64,000 nucleotides of DNA from Alphaproteobacteria bacterium MarineAlpha5_Bin5 (GTDB lineage Bacteria > Pseudomonadota > Alphaproteobacteria > HIMB59 > GCA-002718135). Where the stretch lies: assembly GCA_002938205.1 (NCBI GenBank), contig PTKZ01000004.1:25587-89586 (forward strand), read 5' to 3'. Below the pieces are notes generated by a model, which was not told where the DNA came from, searched no databases, and worked only from the letters and a program-made list of their open reading frames with translations. Below, in pieces: positions 57,857 through 64,000 of this stretch; position 1 is the stretch's first letter, and each line of letters starts with the position of its first letter. A program made the translations under genes and the position numbers.

Positions 57857-59272
57857 ATGGAAAAAATTTTTTACGAAAGTTTGAATGAAGCAATAGAAAG
57901 AAATAAACCTCATATTTCCTCAACCAAAAAAAGACTGGAAGATGCGGGTGTGAAATACGTTTTATCTAGTTGGATTGATATGCATGGAATTCCAAAAACT
58001 AAACCAGTGCCTATGAATGATTTTGAGGCTTTATGTATGGGTAAAGGGCCACAATTTGCTGTTCATTCCGTCTCATTTGTTCCTGAGTTAACTCCAGCTG
58101 ATCCTGACCAAATTATGCTTCCTGATCTTAATGCAGTCTATATTTGTTCATGGGATAAATCTCAGGCAATAATATTTGCAGATTTATTTTGGGAAGGCGC
58201 TCCTTATAATGTGTGTCCTAGACAATCCTTAAAAAGAATTATTCAAGAAAATCAAGATGAAGGATTCCAAGGTTTTGCAGGCGTTGAACCTGAATTTATT
58301 GTCATGAAATATAATGAAAAAGGTGAACCTGTGAAAGCTATAGATAATGATCCTCCAAATAGTATCAGACCTAGAAGACAAGCATTTGGGTATGATGTCG
58401 AATATTCATTAGACTCAATGCCTTTTTTGAAAGAAATGATAGACATATTAGGTGAACTTGGATGGGATCTTCATGATGTTGTAGCTGAAGGAGCTTATTC
58501 TCAATTTGAACTGGACTTTCATTATGCAGATTTACTAAAAATGGCTGATAGACTAGTTTTTTTAAAAATACTACTTAAAGAAGTTGCAAAAAAACATGAA
58601 ATGTTTGTAACATTCATGCCTAAGCCAACTATAGGTGATTGGCGTTCAGGTGGTCATATTAATTTTTCACTTAATAACATTAAGCAAAGTTCAAACATCT
58701 TCAAAGATGAAGATAAATGGTCACAAGATGCCATGTATGCTGTAGGTGGGTTGCTTGCAAACTCAGAGGCTATCACTGCTATCACTTGTCCTACTGTAAA
58801 TTCTTATAATGGACTAGTACCAACAGTTGGGGGATTTGAAGGAGGTGTTCATACTTGGGCTCCAGTTAATATTACATATGGCCATAATAACAGATCTGCT
58901 CAATTTAGATTACCTCAAAATCGATATTGTATAGAAAACCGTGCTGCAGATTTAACTATGAATATTTATCTTGCTCTTGGAATGACAATATCTGCTGCTG
59001 TTGATGGAATTCAAAATAAAATTGATCCTGGTAAGCCATCAGATTTTGATCTTTATACTTTAAAAGAAGCAGATATGAAAAAACTTGGTATAAGAAGACT
59101 TCCAAGAAACCTGCTTCAAGCAGTTGAATCATTGAAAAAAAATAAAATTGCTGAAAAAGTACTTGGTAAAGTTATGTTGAACTCATATGTAAATTATAAA
59201 AATGATGAATGGGAAAGATATCATCAAGCAGTTACGGATTGGGAAGTAAAAGAGTACTTACGATTATATTAA
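57857..59272 (+). CDS. glutamine-synthetase-family ligase (GS-like, possible gamma-glutamyl-amine synthetase)
   Basis: 471 aa with the GS beta-grasp N-domain and catalytic domain blocks (GVEPEF, FMPKP..GDWRSGGH, NRSAQFR, ENRAAD). Confidence 0.8.
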   Translation: MEKIFYESLNEAIERNKPHISSTKKRLEDAGVKYVLSSWIDMHGIPKTKPVPMNDFEALCMGKGPQFAVHSVSFVPELTPADPDQIMLPDLNAVYICSWDKSQAIIFADLFWEGAPYNVCPRQSLKRIIQENQDEGFQGFAGVEPEFIVMKYNEKGEPVKAIDNDPPNSIRPRRQAFGYDVEYSLDSMPFLKEMIDILGELGWDLHDVVAEGAYSQFELDFHYADLLKMADRLVFLKILLKEVAKKHEMFVTFMPKPTIGDWRSGGHINFSLNNIKQSSNIFKDEDKWSQDAMYAVGGLLANSEAITAITCPTVNSYNGLVPTVGGFEGGVHTWAPVNITYGHNNRSAQFRLPQNRYCIENRAADLTMNIYLALGMTISAAVDGIQNKIDPGKPSDFDLYTLKEADMKKLGIRRLPRNLLQAVESLKKNKIAEKVLGKVMLNSYVNYKNDEWERYHQAVTDWEVKEYLRLY

Positions 59273-59299
59273 TTAATAAAATATTCTATCAATTGATAA

Positions 59300-60316
59300 A
59301 TGAATAGTATTGATTTTCATACTTATGAACTAGGTGATGTAAAACTTTTATCAGGTGAAACATTATTGTCTGCTAAATTGGCCTATAAAACATATGGCTC
59401 ATTAAATGATAATAAAACTAATGTAATTCTTTTACCAACTTTTTACACTGGCACTCATAAAAGAAATGAAGGTTTTTTTGGTACTCATAGAGCTATTAAT
59501 CCTGAAAAACATTTTATTATTTCTGTCAATTTGTTTGGTAATGGTTTTTCCTCATCACCTAGTAATGCAGAAGACAATCAAAAAGGATCAAAATTTCCAA
59601 CAATAACTTTATTTGATAATATTGCTTGCCAATACAAATTATTAACAGAGCATCTAAATATCAATAAGATAGCATTGGTCGCAGGATGGTCGATGGCGGG
59701 ATGTCAATCATATCAATGGGCTGCTCAGTATCCTGATATGGTTGAAGCTATTTTACCTTTTTGTTCTTCAGCGAAGACTTCAGAACATAATTTTGTTTTT
59801 TTAGAAGGTGTAAAGGCTGCTCTTTGTGCTGATCCTACTTGGAACAATGGTGATTATACTTCACCACCCGTAAGAGGTTTAAAAGCTTTCGGAAGAGTTT
59901 ATGCTGGTTGGGCTTTTTCACAATCTTTCTTTAGAGAAAATGCATATAAAAAATTAGGTTTCCAAAATGTTGAAGAATTGTTAGTTGATTGGGAAAATGA
60001 TCACGTCAACAATTGGGATGCAAATAATCTTTTAACAAAACTATTAACTTGGCAAAAAGCAGACATTTCTCTTGGAGAAAGATATAATGGTAATTTTATA
60101 GAAGCACTAAAAAATATTACGGCTAAGACTATTATTATACCATGTAGCCATGATCTATATTTTCCGCCTAAAGATAATGAATTTGAAGCTAGGCACATTA
60201 AGAATTCTGAACTTAGAACTTACAACTCGATCTGGGGGCATTGTGTTGCCAACCCTGGCAATGATAAAGATTTTGAAATAGCTTTAGATCAGGCAGTAAA
60301 TGATTTATTAAAATAA
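59300..60316 (+). CDS. MetX-like alpha/beta-fold acyltransferase/hydrolase
   Basis: 338 aa with nucleophile elbow GWSMAG and a homoserine-O-acetyltransferase-like layout with a lid insertion. Confidence 0.7.
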   Translation: MNSIDFHTYELGDVKLLSGETLLSAKLAYKTYGSLNDNKTNVILLPTFYTGTHKRNEGFFGTHRAINPEKHFIISVNLFGNGFSSSPSNAEDNQKGSKFPTITLFDNIACQYKLLTEHLNINKIALVAGWSMAGCQSYQWAAQYPDMVEAILPFCSSAKTSEHNFVFLEGVKAALCADPTWNNGDYTSPPVRGLKAFGRVYAGWAFSQSFFRENAYKKLGFQNVEELLVDWENDHVNNWDANNLLTKLLTWQKADISLGERYNGNFIEALKNITAKTIIIPCSHDLYFPPKDNEFEARHIKNSELRTYNSIWGHCVANPGNDKDFEIALDQAVNDLLK

Positions 60317-60318
60317 TA

Positions 60319-60570
60319 ATGAATATAAAATTAATAAAAGAAAAATGGATGAAATTTTATAAAAGAGGTTTTTTAACAGGTATATTAGTTTTGAGTTTTT
60401 TTTGTATTATTGATCAGACCTTACAATCTCCTTTTTACTTTATTAAAATTGAAAGTTTTAATATTTTATTTTTTAATCTTTCTGTTATTTTATTTGGATC
60501 TGTTTTTTGTGGATTGTTAAGTCTTTTTTTACTACTAATACTTTCTTTTATTACTGTACCAAACAATTAA
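60319..60570 (+). CDS. small hydrophobic membrane protein (83 aa)
   Basis: Two predicted TM stretches. It starts 2 nt after the upstream stop. No recognisable family. Confidence 0.4.
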   Translation: MNIKLIKEKWMKFYKRGFLTGILVLSFFCIIDQTLQSPFYFIKIESFNILFFNLSVILFGSVFCGLLSLFLLLILSFITVPNN

Positions 60571-60746
60571 TTTTTTTTATTTTTTCTAAAAAAATCTTTT
60601 TTAAGATAAAAATCATAGTCTTTTTTTGCTAATTTTCTTAATACAATAATCATAAATACTAACCAAAGTATAGCAACTAACATTAAATGTTCACTAATAA
60701 ATTGATAAATATTACTTAAAAAATTTTCTACAATTTTATAATTCAT
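60567..60746 (-). CDS. possible 59-aa single-TM protein (below the ORF-track cutoff)
   Basis: My manual translation gives MNYKIVENFLSNIYQFISEHLMLVAILWLVFMIIVLRKLAKKDYDFYLKKDFFRKNKKN. It has no convincing SD. Its stop shares TTAA with the stop of the convergent 83-aa ORF. Confidence 0.25.
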   Translation of the reverse strand: MNYKIVENFLSNIYQFISEHLMLVAILWLVFMIIVLRKLAKKDYDFYLKKDFFRKNKKN

Positions 60747-60782
60747 TTTTTGAATAGTTTTACCTTAATTTTAAAAATAAAA

Positions 60783-60809
60783 AAAGGGCAGTAAATTAAA
60801 CTGCCCTTT
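60783..60809 (-). terminator. intrinsic terminator of the amt transcription unit
   Basis: AAAGGGCAGT / ACTGCCCTTT, a 10-bp stem with a 7-nt loop. On the minus strand it is followed by a long U-rich tract. Confidence 0.65.
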
Positions 60810-60827
60810 AAATTAGTAAATTAATCT

Positions 60828-61001
60828 TTATTCAGTCTTACCAGATACTTCTGATTCATGTCTAGCAGCGGCAATTATTACCCCTAAGCATATAGCTGCA
60901 GAAACTAAACTGATCAGAACAAGCATACCTGATGAACCCGCCCATGTAAAATAAGCGCCAACACCATCCCAGCTATTTTCTGGTCCAGGCCATGTATTCA
61001 T
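60828..61001 (-). CDS. 57-aa single-TM protein co-transcribed with amt (below the ORF-track cutoff)
   Basis: My manual translation gives MNTWPGPENSWDGVGAYFTWAGSSGMLVLISLVSAAICLGVIIAAARHESEVSGKTE. It starts 20 nt after the amt stop and has a GAAAGGAAC SD-like element. Base composition is coding-like, and the terminator follows directly. Confidence 0.45.
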   Translation of the reverse strand: MNTWPGPENSWDGVGAYFTWAGSSGMLVLISLVSAAICLGVIIAAARHESEVSGKTE

Positions 61002-61021
61002 AATATGTTCCTTTCTCTTTG

Positions 61022-62344
61022 TTAATCGCTATAAGCTTGAAGCCCAAGCTCAGCTTTATCAATACCAGCTTTTTGTATGTGATCAGGAACTCGTAACCAG
61101 CCAGCCATTTTCATTATATATGAAATTACATAACCAGGTACAAATCCAACTAAAGCCATTGTAATGATACCAACTATTTGACCCATTAGGTTTGAAGCTG
61201 GTATATCTCCTGCTGCTGGATAACCAGAAGCAAAAAGACCTACTGCCAACATACCTAAAATTCCACAAACACCATGGATTGAAACTGCACCTACACAGTC
61301 ATCAATTTTAAATGTATTGTGAAGCCAATTGTTTGCTGGAATAATAACAATACCAGCTACAATTCCAAGTATAAATGCAAATCCTGGATACCAGATATCA
61401 AGTCCACCTGCACAAATAAATATTCCTGCAAGTCCTCCTGACATCATCCAAAAAGGATTTCCTTTACTATACCAGAAAGCACCTATCATACCTCCGGCTA
61501 GACCCATCAAAGTATTAAATACAAAAGATGATAAAGTCATTGGAGCGCCATAAATATTTGTCCATCCCTCAACGCCTACCATACTAGCAGTATCGTATAC
61601 CATGACTCCTGGCCAAATTAAACAACCTCCAAGGAATCCAAAGAAACCTACAATCAAGGTTAATAGTCCTACAAAAGATAACACAAGACTATGACCTGCA
61701 AGCTCATTAGCCGTTCCATCATCGTTATATTTTCCTATTCTAGGTCCTAAATTTAATAATACTCCAAATGCAAACAAACCAGCTATTGTATGTACACAAC
61801 CTGCTGCTGCTACATCATGAAATCCCCAGTTAGTAACAAGCCATCCGCCAGCATGCCATCCCCATGAGGCTCCTAAGATCCACACAACTGAACCAAGAAT
61901 TGTTGCTAAAAAAACGAAAGCACTAATCCTTATTCTTTCAATCACTGCACCTGAGAAAATAGAAGCAGTAGTACAGGCAAATAAAGTAAAAGCAGCCCAA
62001 AAAACTCCTGTCTCATGATCTCCGATAAATGGTCCGGAAAATTCATTCCAAGGTAATCCATAACCTGGAATATCTAAACCTGCATCAAAAATTGGTACAA
62101 AGCCACCTGGAAAAGCCCAATAAATCCACCATCCAAATAGCCAAAAAGTTGGTATCATAAATGCAAACGCCAATAAATTTTTAACACCAGAAGAAACGGC
62201 ATTTTTCATTCTTGTAGCACCTACTTCATACATTAAGAAACCAACATGAATAATAATCATAAGCCCTGTACACCACCAATAATAAGCTTCAGCTGAAACT
62301 TTTTGCTGGCCAAGTACAAAAGCTGCTAATTGATCAACAGTCAT
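61022..62344 (-). CDS. amt: ammonium transporter
   Basis: 440-aa polytopic protein with Amt/MEP blocks (FHDVAAAGCVH, DDCVGAVSIHGVCGILG). A strong SD AAGGAGG precedes the ATG. Confidence 0.95.
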   Translation of the reverse strand: MTVDQLAAFVLGQQKVSAEAYYWWCTGLMIIIHVGFLMYEVGATRMKNAVSSGVKNLLAFAFMIPTFWLFGWWIYWAFPGGFVPIFDAGLDIPGYGLPWNEFSGPFIGDHETGVFWAAFTLFACTTASIFSGAVIERIRISAFVFLATILGSVVWILGASWGWHAGGWLVTNWGFHDVAAAGCVHTIAGLFAFGVLLNLGPRIGKYNDDGTANELAGHSLVLSFVGLLTLIVGFFGFLGGCLIWPGVMVYDTASMVGVEGWTNIYGAPMTLSSFVFNTLMGLAGGMIGAFWYSKGNPFWMMSGGLAGIFICAGGLDIWYPGFAFILGIVAGIVIIPANNWLHNTFKIDDCVGAVSIHGVCGILGMLAVGLFASGYPAAGDIPASNLMGQIVGIITMALVGFVPGYVISYIMKMAGWLRVPDHIQKAGIDKAELGLQAYSD

Positions 62345-62423
62345 TTTACCTCCTTACGAGTTCAAGTAATAATCATTTAACTCATCAGTTTAAGAAACAA
62401 TAAAAGGGAAAACAAATGAACTG

Positions 62424-62475
62424 CGTTCCTTCGGTTTTACCCTACTTCCGTCTCACTCAAATAATGAGATGAACG
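62424..62475 (-). promoter_or_regulatory. glutamine riboswitch-like aptamer (glnA RNA motif) in the amt leader
   Basis: The minus-strand RNA reads CGUUCA-UCUCAUUAUUUGAGUGAGA-CGGAAGUAGG-GUAAAA-CCGAAGGAACG. It has P1 CGUUC/GAACG, an internal hairpin, and loop-E-like AGUA/GAA closed by GG/CC. These match my recollection of the glnA motif conserved blocks. It lies 79 nt upstream of the amt ATG. Confidence 0.75.
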
Positions 62476-62579
62476 ATATATAATACTTTCTATCTAGGCT
62501 TTTATTAAGTGATTCAATAGTAATTTCATTCTTTTTAGTGAATCATGGGAGTATTTTTTCCTAGAATTCAGCTATTTTG

Positions 62580-63467
62580 TCAAATTTGTGGTTGATTTTT
62601 TTTATTTTGTCTGAGCTCCATCAGAGTATGAACAAATATAATAAACATTATAACAATCCCACCAATAATTGTTTTTGTAGTTGGTTCCTCATTAATAACC
62701 ATCCATACCCAAATAGGTCCTAATATTGTCTCAAGTACAAAAAATATTTCAACTTCATAAGCTGGAATATATCTTGGGGCAATAGTCATGCAGGCTAAAG
62801 GTATAACTAAAAATAGTCCCATCAGCAAAATAAAATAAAATTGCTGAGAATTAATTGTAAATAACCCAGAAAATGATTGAATAAATAAAATGGGTATTAA
62901 TAGGGTAAATAATTTAGCAATCAAAAGTGCAGGAAGAAAATCAAATGATTTACTATAACGTACTACTACGGCACTACCTCCTATAAAAATAGCAGTAAGC
63001 AATCCAAAAAAATCTCCTAAAAGTCGATTACCTTTATAAGAATCATAAAAAATAAATAGAATAGCAAGAAAACATGCAATAATAGTTAGCCACATTCTTT
63101 TGCTAGGGTATTCTTTTATAAAAATTGCACTAAGCATCCCTGTTGCCAAAGGTGTTAAGGCAATCATAATTAAAGTATTTGCAACATTTGTATTTTGAAT
63201 TGAAATTACAAAAGCAGTATTGCCTAAAGCAACCAATAAAGCATAAAGCAAACCTGAAATACCAACAATGATAAATGAATGTAAAAAAATTTTTTTATAA
63301 TACAGAAGTAAAAAAATGAATAAAAAGAAAAATGGAACCAATCCTCTATAAAAAAGCAATTCCCAAGATGGGAGATTTATTAATCTGATAAATAGAGAAT
63401 CTGGTGTAATTATTAAAACACCTATTAATGATAACGCTATGCCCTTTTGTTTATCAGTAAAATTCAT
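62580..63467 (-). CDS. DMT-superfamily (EamA-like) transporter
   Basis: 295 aa with about 10 TM segments in two EamA-like halves. A TAATG overlap links it to the upstream paralog. Confidence 0.8.
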   Translation of the reverse strand: MNFTDKQKGIALSLIGVLIITPDSLFIRLINLPSWELLFYRGLVPFFFLFIFLLLYYKKIFLHSFIIVGISGLLYALLVALGNTAFVISIQNTNVANTLIMIALTPLATGMLSAIFIKEYPSKRMWLTIIACFLAILFIFYDSYKGNRLLGDFFGLLTAIFIGGSAVVVRYSKSFDFLPALLIAKLFTLLIPILFIQSFSGLFTINSQQFYFILLMGLFLVIPLACMTIAPRYIPAYEVEIFFVLETILGPIWVWMVINEEPTTKTIIGGIVIMFIIFVHTLMELRQNKKNQPQI

Positions 63468-64000
63468 TATTTAGCCAAATTTAAATTTTTTCTATTTTCT
63501 CTTAGCGATATATAAACACCGCTTGATATAATAAAAAATAAACCCAACCATAACCATTTATTTGGAAAATCACCAAAAAAATAATAACCTATTAAAATAT
63601 TATTAATAATTTCAAAATAGCCTAAAGGAGCAAGCTTTGAAGCTTCAGCATAATTTAAAGATAATATTAAACAAAAATGTCCGAAAGTTCCAACTGCAGC
63701 TATTGCAATCATTAATAGCCACTGATTAATATTCGGTGTTGTCCAATAAAAGGGTACTATAAAACTAATAATTATAGCCCCAAATATTCCTGTAAAAATC
63801 AAAGTTAGATAAGGGTTATCAAAAGAAGTTAACCGCCTTGTAGAAATTATGTAAAATGCATATGATATTCCTGTGCCAAGACCAGCCAATGCTGCAAGAT
63901 TAATTGTGATAAAACCTGGTTGTATAACTATTAATGCACCAAAAAAACCAACTACCACAGCACACCAGCGATGAAAACCTACCTTTTCTTTTAAGAGCAA
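63467..64000 (-). CDS. DMT-superfamily (EamA-like) transporter, 5' end outside the window
   Basis: The frame is open to the window edge. The 177 aa visible are a polytopic EamA-type sequence. Confidence 0.8.
   Translation of the reverse strand: MLLKEKVGFHRWCAVVVGFFGALIVIQPGFITINLAALAGLGTGISYAFYIISTRRLTSFDNPYLTLIFTGIFGAIIISFIVPFYWTTPNINQWLLMIAIAAVGTFGHFCLILSLNYAEASKLAPLGYFEIINNILIGYYFFGDFPNKWLWLGLFFIISSGVYISLRENRKNLNLAK

Noticed and set aside
591-61553. About 30 short ORFs in the supplied track that lie antisense or out of frame inside longer genes. Examples: 591-779, 1891-2193, 3683-3901, 7128-7346, 7857-8117, 8774-9043, 9170-9487, 9852-10061, 10186-10392, 11301-11510, 12461-12664, 14891-15076, 18166-18411, 23072-23305, 25268-25531, 26112-26303, 30965-31195, 42844-43038, 43227-43409, 47684-48025, 51702-51905, 54284-54626, 55694-55894, 55939-56178, 58252-58446, 60001-60198, 61083-61268, 61329-61553.
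   Set aside because: Each is fully nested in a longer ORF with clear family motifs. Their translations are low-complexity or hydrophobic runs typical of antisense frames in AT-rich DNA, and none has a recognisable motif or a ribosome-binding site.
62424-62475. The amt leader as a glycine riboswitch, because of ACCGAAGGAAC.
   Set aside because: The recalled glycine-aptamer blocks (GGAGAG...CACCGAAGGGGCAA...CUCUGG) are not present. The CGUUCA / ACGGAAGUAGG / CCGAAGGAACG combination fits the glnA motif instead.
1-64000. A search by eye for CRISPR arrays, tRNA/rRNA genes, transposases, integrases, phage or defence-system genes.
   Set aside because: I saw no regularly spaced direct repeats, no cloverleaf-like GC-rich 70-90 nt islands, and no recombinase or nuclease-type ORFs. 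Every long ORF has a metabolic, transport or housekeeping assignment. A tRNAscan/Infernal run would be needed to be fully certain.

Overview
The window is AT-rich and densely packed, with almost no intergenic DNA and many 1-26 nt gene overlaps. Gene content looks alphaproteobacterial. By inference only, the style resembles a streamlined marine SAR11/Pelagibacterales-type genome.

I found no rRNA, tRNA, CRISPR array, transposase, integrase or phage genes.

Layout:
- 1-12.3 kb: housekeeping genes (GST, pdxJ, LysE exporter, M19 dipeptidase, cyclophilin, RidA, clpS-clpA, DD-carboxypeptidase with a SPOR tail, phosphomannomutase, ugd).
- 12.3-29.7 kb: a LacI-controlled carbohydrate island. It holds two ABC importers, a GH4 glycosidase, an orphan MalK-type ATPase, and GpsA-like, GLYK-like and HAD enzymes. 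An odd trio (membrane di-iron desaturase-like, ALDH, PanB-like) sits inside one transporter operon.
- 29.8-33.5 kb: an LLM monooxygenase / ThDP enzyme / alpha-beta hydrolase operon behind a GC-rich structured leader.
- 33.4-47.3 kb: an amino-sugar locus. It has nagA, SIS deaminase, GMC oxidase, an enolase-superfamily dehydratase, GH20, a Gfo/Idh/MocA protein, a GHMP kinase, and a CUT1 importer with a tandemly duplicated permease.
- 47.3-60.6 kb: an organic-nitrogen catabolic island. It has ALDH, an M24 hydrolase, a BBOX-like dioxygenase, a DmdA-like GcvT protein, a DMGDH-like enzyme, a ureohydrolase, a Rieske oxygenase, gloA, a cupin, a GS-like ligase and a MetX-like hydrolase.
- 60.8-64 kb: amt, preceded by what reads as a glutamine (glnA-motif) riboswitch, then two DMT exporters.

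Best leads for something undescribed:
- the structured leader at 29744-29808
- the translationally coupled ureohydrolase-DMGDH module
- the Rieske plus GS-like cluster
- the maintained duplicated permease

All functional calls rest on motif recognition by eye. No searches were run.
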